From Bigelowiella natans CCMP2755 (taxonomy: Eukaryota; Protista; Cercozoa): a stretch of 64,000 nt of DNA. The notes below the pieces were generated by a model. That model was given only the letters and a program-made list of their open reading frames with translations. It ran no database searches and had not been told where the DNA came from. The translations under genes were made by a program, and so were the position numbers. The DNA lies in contig ADNK01003243.1 in the NCBI GenBank assembly GCA_000320545.1, positions 1 through 64,000 on the forward strand, written 5' to 3'. Below, in pieces: positions 32,821 through 44,704 of the stretch (position 1 is its first letter; every line of letters starts with the position of its first letter).

Positions 32821-34599
32821 ACTTTCACAAATGCAGTCACTGCGACAATGAGAGTTGGAAAATCCTGAGCGATGCGAAGGCAGGCGGTTTGAACGTTCCG
32901 TCCAAGCCGTGTCTGGCGAGTGTGAAACAAACCGAGAAACCCTCAATTTTTCTTGGTGGTCCAGCCCTGCACCGGTTGAATTGATTGCTAGATCTGTTCT
33001 CCATCGCATCGTCCGTTGTGACCAGTCTGCCCGCGGATTCGATGTCTCAGAAAACCTAGACCAGACCCACAGCTCTTTGACCTTGACTTCAACCGTGGGG
33101 TCAGAGCACTGTTGATGACATCTGCGCGCCAATGGCAACTTGCGTCGCAGTTGCACGTTCGTCCACCAAACCCGATGCTCCCACCTCCAAACCTGGAGCT
33201 TGGGCAGCAAGTCACGTTGGAAGAACAAGTCTCCAGACTCTTTGAATGTGCGTCACCTTGATGAATGGCACGACAAATCAGGAGTGCCAGAGTGTTGCTG
33301 AAGTTTCAGCTGTGTGCGATGTCGGGACTTGTGAAACCGAAGGACGTCAGGCCAGAGTTCACGACTTGCCTCCCTCGTTCTCGAGTTGTCCTCTTTGAAT
33401 GCTGAAGTGGTTCAAAGTGTCAACCATGTCATCCACCTTTGTTCTCACTTGGGTGCTGTGAGGAACAAACTTTTCTCGAACGTGAGAGTGAGCCTGGTTC
33501 CTGGCTCCACTGCATGCTGGACTGCTAGACTGCCTGCTCGTCCTTTTTTCGTGCTCCTGATTCCAGCAAAACCAAAGTCCTGCTTGGTGCTACAGCTCCC
33601 TCGGGTGACCCGACCGTGGGTCGTCGCTTGAACGTGGCCTTCAGGAAGTCCCTGCTCTGGTGCTCAAAGCACACGCTTTGCGCGCCGCCGCCACGCGCAC
33701 GTTGCTGCTGGTACGTCTCACTGCTCCGCAGGCAGCTGGTGTGCCAATTTCAAAACCCTGCTAGTCTTCACCAGGCACGAGGCAGTCCTCACCAGAGCTA
33801 GCTCAAGGGACTGTGTTTCGTGCACTGCAAGTGCCTTGCAACACTCTGGAAGTGTGATTTTTCATCACTCTTTGTCTTTGTGTTTGCACGTCCAAGTGTC
33901 TTGCAACACTTTGGAAACGCAGTTTGTCACCATTGTCATTGTCATTGTCCAATCACGGTGCATGCGAGAAGTCATTGTCATTGTCATTGTCGTTGTCCAA
34001 TCATGCAATCACGGTGCGAGAAGTCTTGCAAGTGCTCACCTGGTGACTTGGCTCAAAGCACGTCGACGGACCGAGGAGCGTGCAGGTCATTCTAGCATTG
34101 CTCACAGCTAGTTCAGTTGTTGGGATCGATCGAACGACTTGTCGCCCATGCTAGCATGCCGGCATGGCCATCGTCAATGATTCACACTCGTGCATCATGC
34201 ATGCCGTACGTTGCGCCAATCGTGCGTCACGAAAAGCACTCACCTCCATGTTGCCAACGTGAAAGAAAGAAAATGAGACAGAAAGAAAGAAACTTCTTTC
34301 TTGATCGGCTGTGTTTCCAAAGTGTTGCATGACACTTGCAAAGTACGAAACGTGAAACTTGCATTGTGCAGTCGACACACATTGCTCAGATTGCCAGATT
34401 GTGCAACACATTTCTGGACGTTGCGCGCGATGCGATGTGAGTTGCAGCTCAATGGCAAACGTTGAATTTTCACGTGCACGCACACATGTGGCTGAGCGCT
34501 CCGTCAATCCTGTGTGTACTTGTACTGCACACTTGTGCACGCACGTGACTCAATGAAAGCAAGCGCATGTGCGGTGCCTTGTTCAATGTGACTCATTTT
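32821..34599. other. TpA-depleted intergenic domain, probably a degenerate repeat or mobile-element relic
   Basis: Manual count: 14 TpA in 1,779 bp (8 CTAG, 5 GTAC, 1 CTAC); CpG abundant; no recognisable intact gene. Confidence 0.85.
33893..34338. repeat. 30-bp inverted repeat pair (33893-33922 / 34309-34338), possible MITE-like relic
   Basis: caagtgtcttgcaacactttggaaacgcag versus reverse complement caagtgtcatgcaacactttggaaacacag (28/30); a third diverged direct copy at 33828-33852. Confidence 0.7.
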
Positions 34600-34896
34600 T
34601 AGCAACAACGTTGTGTTGAAAGTGTGATTCGCCAACACAGCTAGCCTTTTCAAGGATTTTCAACAATGTTACGAATGCAAGAAACAAGCTGATCCTTTTC
34701 CTGAATTTCAACTCCATGTATTTCCTGTTGTTTGACAAATTGATGTGGATGAGATGACAAACCTAGAAATGTCATTTTTGAAAACTACCAGAAGAAGAAA
34801 TTCCATGAGATCTTGGAAACTATTCAAGCAGAACTGTGGAGTCAACCTGCAGTAATTCAATTATACATTAATCACACAATGGACCAGATATACAAG

Positions 34897-34935
<39 letters not shown>

Positions 34936-35052
34936 AAAGTAATTGTTGTAATGGTAAAACTTTGAATCTAAAATGTAACATGATAGATAAACAAATCACA
35001 CTAAAAGCCTGTCTTTACAATTCAATATTTGCCGATTGACAGACGACAAGAT

Positions 35053-35585
35053 CTACCCCCGATCGGTTAGAATGAGCTTCTTGATGCGTAGTCGATCCAT
35101 CTTATAGCTTCTATGAGAGAGAAAGAACAATAAACGACAGCCAGCACATGTGATAATAAGATTATTGCATCATTAGACATCATTTTCGAGGTCTGTTATC
35201 GCTTGATTGCTACTTGATTTTCTTTGAGAATTTTGGATGCCTTTTTAGAGCCCGACTAATTTCCTTCCTGATTTCCCTCACAAAATCTAATTCTCCAGCA
35301 AGTCTAATAGCTTCCTTGTTAGCAGCTTTGTGTAGGTCAAACACGAACTCGAGGCTTTTATTGTCCAGGTTATCATGCTGCAGTGGGTAAATGAGTGTTT
35401 TGCTTGCGATGGAAAATATTCATTGAAGGTATATCACTATCATTGTCTGCATATTTATTTTTAGTTAAGTCATCGTTATTATGTTTTAAAATCACTTATC
35501 ACTTGTAATTGCTTCTTCTCCTTTCTTATTCATATAAAACTAATTTTCACTATGTACACGAGTGAAACGTATACCAAAACTAGCC

Positions 35586-35621
<36 letters not shown>

Positions 35622-35812
35622 TTTCCCATCACCATTGCAATCACCACCACCAGCAGCAGCCTTATGGATTTTAAAACTGCGCATTAGAATGAACTTACAC
35701 TGACTCGGTGTCCACGAATGGCTGCAAGCTTTAGGAGGAGGTGTTGCCACATCTGTCGTTAAATCAGTCAATCAGCCATATTAATGTAATGGTATGTGCG
35801 CTAAAATGCACA

Positions 35813-35851
<39 letters not shown>

Positions 35852-37786
35852 ATATACAATATGCAACATTGTTTTCACCTTAAATGGACATCCAACATGC
35901 GGCAGCATATTGATATTTGGAACGCTGTTTCCCTTTGATTAATAAAGTCATTAAAACTTGACCACTACTATAAACGAGAGAATCTTGTTGTAAATATGAT
36001 TCTTCGAATCGTACTAAATCATTTCTTATCATTGCTGTACAGAAAGACAATTTTATACGTCTTCTGTTGCCAAAGATTCCATGGCTATATGAAACTTTAA
36101 GTATTTCACATATCCTAAATTGTCAATATATGTGATCAGAACCTTTTTGTCTTTTCCAAGAAATTCATGATAAAAAAGGACCTTGAAATAACTCATTAGA
36201 ATAAGTATCATTATAATGATATACTTGTTCATACATATTGGCTAGTTATTCTCTTCGTAGTTAATTAACGAGAGGGGTGCTTTGTTTTCTTTATTTTTGC
36301 ATTTAAAACCACCATAAAATCCTACAATATTTCCTCTTGCTGCTGCTACTACTACTGCTACTACTACTGCTACTACTACTGCTGCTGCTGTTATCACTAC
36401 TTCTTCCAAATCTACTGGTGAGGAAATGTCCAAGTCCTGAAAGCCATGGACCTTGCATATCTAGTAACAGAAATACGGTTTACTGTTATATTTCATAGAT
36501 CCTCGTGGATTGCTTACTTTTTCACATATGTACTGCTATTTAGAGCTAGTTATGATCCTATTGTGGTTGTAAGTAGTTGTTTAACGACTGAGTGTTCCTT
36601 TCCTTTTCTCTGCGATTTCTTCCATAATCCTTCTTTCTATCTATTTTATTTATCTTCTGTTTTCCATACAGCATTACTAATTGTGGCATGACAGGAGAAA
36701 TGTGAATGATGATGATAAATTAATGCCTTGCATTGATCGATGATAATACTACGACAATGAGGATATTGATTCTAGTGTATGGATATAACATTGGTCCATA
36801 TATCGAACAGTGCATCGGTTCCAGCGTCAGTAAGATTTAGCAAGTGTCCAGCGAGCTAAGTGAGTGAGCAGCGTGTGATGTATTCAAGAAGGTCATATTG
36901 ACGATGGTGTTTTTACAATCATATGGCGACATACTTACTATTGTTGACTCTGATGTCGCATGGGGTATGGGGGTTTGTAAAAAGCAAATGTAGTGGTGGT
37001 GGAGCGTCAGCTTTTGATCAATCTCTATTATCTGCACTACAAACAGATGGGATAATTTGTATAGAATTGTGCGGACGAAGAGAGAATAAACATTCACTGA
37101 CCCTTTCATCATTCATTTATGCAATGTTGAAAACAATCATCTGTATTATAATGGATGGATCAACAATTTCTGTTTGTTATACTCCCTCCACTACGCTATA
37201 TATACTGCGACAAAAAGTCTTCTAGCATTAAGATATATCTGCTTTTATCGAAGTAAAGAAATGAATGAATAATTGCAAACCCTATTTGGGGCGCCCCAGC
37301 AAGTCGCATAGATTTGAATTTCCTGTTGTCGTCACCAAGATGGAACGAGACGATGATCATAAACCACATAAATCACATATCTTAAGTCTCGTACAAACAA
37401 TAGGGTATGTGATACATCCAAATACAGCATAGGAGAAAGATTTGAAATCTACGATTGATGTTCGCCACTACCTGCTCAATGCTTTCGATCTCCCTTGGTT
37501 TTAAAGTCTCGTAGATGATCTCACAAGCCTCTTCTACCTGTTTAAAAGAAACCAAATATAAATAATAAGGTAACACCTACTGCAACTACTACTACTACTA
37601 CTGCTACTCTACCAAATGCTTATCAATATCTTTTCCTTGAGACCATTGTTGTAAAATAGCCAGGTCATCGGCAAGTCTATGTATGAGACCATTGTGGAAA
37701 ATAATCGGGTCATAACTTAGAAGCGATGGGGTGGAACCGATAATAATTACATTAGTCTTACAGTCAAGCTAAGGGACTAAATGATT

Positions 37787-37823
<37 letters not shown>

Positions 37824-39797
37824 TCGTGATATCAGTGGCTTACGCTTTGCGGAACTCCATAAGATCAAATGGATGAAGCCGAATACTGTTAGCCGTCAAC
37901 ATCAATTCAAACTACCATATACCAAGTCGAGAAGCGAATGAATGAATTAAGTATTTAAGCTAGAGAGTTATGGAGAAACTATATCTGAAGGTGAGAAAAT
38001 CTATACGTAGCTGCACTAAATCGCTAAGATTTTAAGGGTTAAATTTTAGCATAAGGGTTCTATTATCTTACACCAACACCAATTTTGAAAAGGATAGTCA
38101 TAATTACTTCCTACATCTACTACTCTAGTACTACCACAGGAGTGTTCTTATGAATCATGATAGTGTCCCTTCCTTTGTATTCGCGAATGTCAACTCCCCT
38201 CCTCTCCCACCTGAATAAAATTGATAATTAATGCTGAAGCGATAAAACGTGGAACCGCCTAGAAATGATACCCCAAACTACAAGATTTTTACTTTTGTTT
38301 CTCTGATAATGTATGTCTAATTGTTGGATCTTTTAGTTCTACACAAAGGCAAGATCACATGCTGATATGCAATATATTACTCGCGAAGTTTGCTCGGGTG
38401 CCTTCTCTTTGCGTCCCTATAATAAAAATTGTTACCGTTTTCACACACACGTACATACACACACACCCACAAACACAGTTGTATATATTTATGCATATAA
38501 ATATGTAACATATATATAATGAAAGTTTCCACCCTTGTAGTTCATCTGTACATGGAAAAATAGGTTTTAGGGGGAGGATCAACATATTTTTCGAAAACTA
38601 CATTATAAGCTCCGTTAGATTCCTTGCTTGCCTGGAGCAACATTTTTTCCAAAATCAAATTACTTTTCAAGGTTCCGAATAAAATGATTAAACCTCTGAA
38701 ATGAAGCGAATGCAGTGCTTCTCTCCTTGTCCGCAGCCCACTCAAAGACATAATTCTGGATTTGTTCGTCATCTTTGACCAGTCTCTGAAGGCGGCGGCG
38801 TATTAATTAACAAGCCGTGAGAAAAAGAGCGAACTAAAGCATATAATGTGTATATTACCGCAAATGCTTGTCGCATATGATTGAAAGTCGAAAGGAAACC
38901 TTTGTCAACATTTTCCTGTTGGAAACAGCACAGAGATTTTTTTGTGTTCAATGCTAATATCAGATATGTCCTTATCCCCCCCGTGTTGCTCACCCATTCT
39001 TTTCAATCACTTTATTCATAATTGCGAATTTTCAGTTATTGTGGTTCAGCAATTGCTTTCTTACTGGAATCATTCTATCTACTAGCCAGTCCGTTGTTAA
39101 TCCACACTCCAAGCAAGCAGTATTCAAAAACTGGTCCACGATTTCAATAGTGCGCTGATGTAATTAAATAATTACGTACGAAATAAGACTGTGTACTCTG
39201 TACTTTTCTGAAATCAACGTGGATTACTTTTTCTAGCTTTTCCTGCTCATCATATTCCTCCTCTGCTTCTTCATCACTGAGTTTTTTTTTAGAAAAAATA
39301 GCGGAAGATGATGGTGTAATCGCGATACAGTGTCGTGGTGTCGCTTGTCATCATAAATAGAACAAGTATGAGTGAGAAAAGTATAGGCAGTGAAAGTGGA
39401 AGCAGCAGTGGCATTTCCATTTGCAAAATTTAATGATAGTAAGATTAATATTCACAGAACTGTTCTTCTCTCTGTCGAGTTGGTATGTTCTCCTCTTGCT
39501 TCTGTCGAATTGGTGTGTTCTTTCTTGACTCCTCCTCTTGCGACGACTAGAAGAAAAATATGACCATAAATAAGTATCCATCAATATCACGAACCAAGCG
39601 AAGTACCTCAAAGTTTTGTAACTTCTCTCGCCCAAGTTTTTCTTCCGCATCCTCTTCTCCATCGTCGTAAAATTCAACAACGGTTTCTACCTGATTTTTT
39701 CATTCATTGTATTAGAAGACAGACACTCTGTGCCTGTAAATAAAGTCCAGGTATAACTTACATATTCATCAGAAGAATCTGCTGCTTCATTCTCCAT
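35053..39797 (-). CDS. Multi-exon (~20) protein of unknown function with acidic N-terminus
   Basis: GT-AG bounded open exons: MENEAADSSDEY|VETVVEFYDDGEEDAEEKLGRE..., RLVKDDEQIQNYVFEWAADKERS, FELMLTANSIRLHPFDLMEFRKA|LADDLAILQQWSQGKDIDKHL|VEEACEIIYETLKPREIESIEQ|EIQIYATCWGAPNR, HDNLDNKSLEFVFDLHKAANKEAIRLAGEL...|SYKMDRLRIKKLILTDRG*. Several internal junctions unresolved. Confidence 0.6.
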
Positions 39798-40355
39798 TTT
39801 ATCGTCCCTTTCATCTGATGTAAGAAATGAAGGGGGTTTTCTTGGTACTCTTCAACTCTAAATTGCTAGATAGTCTTCATCTCTGAAACTCTAATTTCTC
39901 TCAAGTTTGACAAGAAAGATCCTGCCAACGATTTTACTTCTCGATCTCGTGCGAGAGCAGCTTCCTCCCATTGTTTCCTTTTGTGAGGGCAAGACGTGTG
40001 GTGATTGTCTAGCTTCTCCCTCCCTTCCTCATTTGTGTCCTTTGTGTCCTCGAACTGCTGTTAGCTTTTTTATTTGAAGACTCTTTTTTAACAACGGTGC
40101 GGCTAGTTACTTCCAACTTACTGTCGCACTAAAGAAACCACCCACAAAAATCAAGATTCCTCCACGGGAAAGAATCGAAGAAACACCGATTTGTAATCAT
40201 AACAAATACCAAGATTCTCATGCGGTCATCATTTTGTGGTTTTGAAAAGCAAATATGCGATGTCGCATTAGTAATTTTCAAGACAATTTGTCAGAGAGAT
40301 ATTTAGTCCTAGGCCTACCTCGGAAGAAAGGGTGCGTCCGTGTTGTCGTCGTTGG

Positions 40356-40390
<35 letters not shown>

Positions 40391-40472
40391 CTCCAGCGTT
40401 GCCGATCGGCGCCATCAAGTGTGATTCGTCAGGAAGCCCGAGTTGGGTTCATCCACCACAGTCTACTTTTCT

Positions 40473-41159
40473 ATGGAGCCTTCTACCGCTCTCCCAGATG
40501 CGAAAACAGTGTTTAAAGATGGACCTTCTTCGTTTTCACCAATCGTTAAACTTGATGGGAAGAAAATCATAGTCCGAGACTTTACTAAAACTGGCACTGC
40601 AGAAGAACCTCTAGCTGAGGGAACGTATGATATTGGGCGATATAACGAATTAAGGCCTGGGATGTATGTATCGGAATTATATCAGGACCAAAAAAATGAG
40701 ATTGAGGGCTACAACGGTGAAAGAAATATTCACATGGGTCTGGACATTGGAGGTCCAGCAGGAACGCCAGTACACTCTTTTGCAGACGGAACAATTCACT
40801 GCTATGGATACAACCCCGAAAAGGGAGACTACGGGCACGTTGTCATAATTAAATACCAGGTAAATAATACTCCAGTTTGGGCGCTCTACGGACACCTCAG
40901 CGGCAAGTCTTGCGGGTACAAATACAAAGGAATGTCAATAAAGAAAGGTGACGTGATTGGCTGGTTCGGAACAGAAAAAGAGAATGGTGGCTGGCCCCCT
41001 CATGTTCACTTCCAGCTCTCCTTTATTGAACCAAAAACACATGATCTACCTGGAGTAGTATCTCTTGCAGACCATTCTCGATCAGAAAAACAATTTCCTG
41101 ATCCAAGGTTGGTCCTAGGCCCCCTATATCCAGGAGAGGGTTTGTTTCGTCCAAAATGA
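40473..41159 (+). CDS. Peptidase M23 family zinc metalloendopeptidase, bacterial type (possible extra 5' exon from 40255)
   Basis: HxxxD (IHMGLDIG), YGHLS and HxH (ENGGWPPHVHFQL) motifs in an uninterrupted ORF. Confidence 0.9.
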   Translation: MEPSTALPDAKTVFKDGPSSFSPIVKLDGKKIIVRDFTKTGTAEEPLAEGTYDIGRYNELRPGMYVSELYQDQKNEIEGYNGERNIHMGLDIGGPAGTPVHSFADGTIHCYGYNPEKGDYGHVVIIKYQVNNTPVWALYGHLSGKSCGYKYKGMSIKKGDVIGWFGTEKENGGWPPHVHFQLSFIEPKTHDLPGVVSLADHSRSEKQFPDPRLVLGPLYPGEGLFRPK

Positions 41160-42020
41160 TAACGACGTTTTAAAAGCGAAGACCAGTAGCAACTATCGAC
41201 CTTCACTTCATCCAGTTTGGAGCGGGCTAGCCAACATGATGTATAGCACGAGCAGGCTCTATGCAAATTTATTTACGATACATACATATAATGAAAACTC
41301 ATGGCATCAAATGGCATCAACATGATGTGTTCATCACTATGACATTCAGGCTGGCGATAGTAGTCAATATGTATAAGACTTTGTACAGGCATGATGTGTG
41401 CGTGCATCGCTGCATACCGCGTCGCAGCGACAGAAAAACGTGCCTGGTTTACGTATAAACGGAGAGACGGAGTAAGCATAAATGCTACTCTTCTACTTTT
41501 GCTAAAACTAGCTATGAATATAATTTTGTCTAACTATGGTTACAAACATGTCTAATCCAACTCGTATATATTGAATGCTGCTGCTATGTGGCAAATGTTA
41601 AATTGTACACAGTTGTGTAGCATGCATTAGCGGTGCTACATTGGCACTAGGAAAATTTCCAGTTCGCTGCTGCATCGCGTAGCTTTTCGTGCAAACAAAT
41701 GACACATTGCTCGTGCAAGCGGCAGGATTGATCATGATCGAAGCTAAAAAGGCGACTGTTAATCTAGCAACATCACTCACTATTTTTATTGATGTAGCCT
41801 CGTCCGATGAACAAAATCAAGTGCTTTTGCTGTGCATGTCTGTGCTGTCATCGACAGCTGCGCTTGTTTTTTTACTGTGCTTTGCTACGCCTACAGCTTT
41901 GTAACTAATATAGCTGCCGCATAACCAGCTGTACGTGAAACTCAACGATAATCAAAATGAAATATGCATAATGAACTAATGCAACCGCTGACAATAGCAA
42001 GTTTCACTCTGGCAGTCATT

Positions 42021-43085
42021 TCAAAATTTTTTAAATTCGCTGAGAACTTTATGCAGTTGCTCCTGGATTGCATCCTTAAGTGCTAATTAAACAAAAATAT
42101 TAGAGATGACTCCTCGATAAAAAAATTCCATACCCGAGACTGCTTTCAAGTACACCTCTCGTTCATTATCCTTTAGAGGAGTTCGAATGTTTATCTTTGG
42201 ATTCACAATTCCTTTATGATAAATCAACTTAATGCGAGGACTGTCAAAAATCAATTGCAATTGTTACCATCCTCAAGCTCACAATTGGTAACTTCATTGT
42301 ATTCAAGCGTTCCCATCACCACTTTATCGGATGCGCCTTCAGGATCTGTGAGCCAAGAGACTTTGAAAGAGAGATCAATAATGTACTTTTTGACCCCAGA
42401 TTTCACCTAAATCTGTCATAGTGAGAACCGTATCTACATCAAATACTAATTTGGAATACCATAATATATCCTCCGCCGTCCCAATTATCCACAGATTCAA
42501 TAAAAAGTATACAGTTTCTTTCTTCCTCAACCTTGAAATTAGAAGGAAGTTTAGTTTACGCTATGATCTGAGTTGCAATTATGTAATGATGGTTTCAAGA
42601 TTACGACAATGAAGATGGTAACGAAGATGATGATGATGATGACGAGAACGACAATGACAGAGATAGTGTGGTGATAGAGGTGAATAGTTTGTCCCGTACA
42701 CTCATATATCTACCATACATAAGGGTCAATGAGCCATGTGATCTTCAAAAATATTTTTATATGTAGAGGTAATACCGGGATTGTCAGGTTCATCAGAGAC
42801 TTACTCACCTCTTTTCTAATCCATCTGTAGTAAGTTGGAAACACAAAATACCACACTAATATCAACAAAGGTCAAATCCAAATTCCAAATGTACATTACT
42901 TTTCATGTTTTATCTCTTCCCACGTTCCTCCTGCCCACCAAGAGCCACCTCTAAAACGGCACACCACAATTCAGTATTCTGTTTGAGAAACACACGCGCA
43001 TGCACACACACACACAGAGATAGAGAGGGGGGGGGGAGGGGGGGGGGGGGGGGGGGGGGAGGGGTAATATAAATTAATATTTATT

Positions 43086-43121
<36 letters not shown>

Positions 43122-43140
43122 CTTTTATACATCGGTGTGC

Positions 43141-43192
<52 letters not shown>

Positions 43193-44704
43193 ATTGATGA
43201 GCATATACACGCAAAACATAACATCAAATTTATATATTACGTTTTGTTCTCTTCTTGTTGTGCCTTGGAAGCCAGTCGCTTAGCATCCTCTGCGCTGATT
43301 TCCTTAGGCTAAATTTTTGTTTTCGAAAAAAAATTATGACTATTACATTTTCTTTTATCGCTATTCATCCACCTTAAATTCGCCTGCCAAGCGTTTCTCT
43401 TCGTTAGTCATTTCATGGGTAAAGTATGATGTTTTTGAACCATCAGCTCTAACCCTATAGCCTTTCATTATCTTTTCCTTGTCGTCATCATCTATTGATT
43501 GCCACAGAAATCGTTTCCAGCAAGTTGAATAAATTCGAATAATTTGGAATAGGTTAATACGTTAAATAATGTCAGTATTTGGATACTATCATGTACAAAC
43601 CAGTGAGCTGCTCTGATTTATCTTGAATGATATCCTCCTTCACACACCACCACCTCTTGTTTGGGTTATTCTTGACTGTTGTTCGCCTGTTGGCAGCTGC
43701 AGCCACATTTGGTGCTGCTCCTTCTTCATTTATAGATGAATTACTGACACATGGACCAATAAGTTGAGAAGATTCTTGTTTCTTTGCAAGCTTCAGAAGG
43801 CATTGGGTCTCCAAATCATGTTCATCTAGAGCTAGTGATATTTCCAATGACTCAACCGCATTTGAATAATCTCCCATTTTCATCAGACATTCACCCCGGA
43901 TACGATGAGCCTGTTTTTGATAGAATATAGTCATCTAATTTGTCAAATAAATCTGATGTAATAATAAGTGCACCTGTGGGTAACGATCGTTTATTCCTAA
44001 AGCTTCCTCGGCATCCTAAATTCATAGGAAAATGATTCTCATCAGAAGATTCGAGACATTAGATCGAAAGAAAACTGCGCACCTCAAGAGTCTCTTCAAT
44101 TCTTCCCATTTTCAACAAAACTTCTGCCCGTGTTCCGAACAACACTGGATTGGAGGAATTGTGGGATATTGCGCAGGATAGCCTAGGAGGACACCGGCGA
44201 GGAGAAGTGCAAAAAGAAAAGTTGTTGATACATAATATGTCAGTACGAGTTACAACGACTATTGCTGTCATTTAGAATTTTAAATTATTGTAATGAAAAG
44301 AATGGGAGCTCGTGAAGAATCTGAGCATGAATCGTGTGTTCGCTCTTGAAAAATTACAATTTCTCTGCAATTGGGTAATTCTTGTCTTTCGTCGCAGCTA
44401 TTCCACGCCTATATAGCTCATTCACAAGCGATTGTCTGTCTTTGTCCGAAGATGGTTGAGCACTTAGGACATCTATGTGAGGATTCATCATCAAGGAGCT
44501 TGCAGAGGGAGCCCCGAACATACCTCCTCTCAAAAATGATGTCATTCGACGATAACGACGAGTACGAATCCCTGATCGAAGAGGCACATCCGACGAAGAA
44601 GGTGGCAGAGGTGATGAAGGTAAAAGGGACATGAAAATTGCTGCTATTAAAATCGAGCAGCTAATAGTGGTGCAGCTTCCCCTCTTTCCATCATTATCCA
44701 TCAT
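42021..44704 (-). CDS. Bipartite leader + 3-TPR domain + Aha1 N-terminal domain (Hsp90 co-chaperone-like)
   Basis: Leader MMDNDGKRGSCTTISCSILIAAIFMSLLPSS...RTRRYRRMTSFLRGG; TPRs ELYRRGIAATKDKNYPIAEKL|LSCAI...LFGTRAEVLLKMG|DAEEAL..|AHRIRGECLMKMGDYSNAVESLE; then KGYRVRADGSKTSYFTHEM, GGSWWAGGTWEEIKHEK|WIRKE, KKYIIDLSFKVSW...GTLEYNE and DAIQEQLHKVLSEFKKF*, typical of protist Aha1_N proteins. Confidence 0.75.

Noticed and set aside
33828-34040. CRISPR-like array
   Set aside because: Only 2-3 irregular copies, one inverted, no cas genes, eukaryotic context.
32821-34599. RIP or CpG-methylation decay as the cause of the TG/CA-rich domains
   Set aside because: RIP increases TpA and methylation decay removes CpG; here TpA is missing and CpG is plentiful.
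38028-38060. Telomere-like tttaagggtt/taagggtt
   Set aside because: Two degenerate, non-tandem copies in an intron.
40443-41159. Bacterial contamination explaining the M23 gene
   Set aside because: Flanked by a (TGT)n microsatellite and spliced eukaryotic genes, with host-like base composition.
43026-43064. Poly-G tract as a functional G-quadruplex
   Set aside because: Part of an intronic compound simple repeat; homopolymer length is unreliable and nothing supports function.
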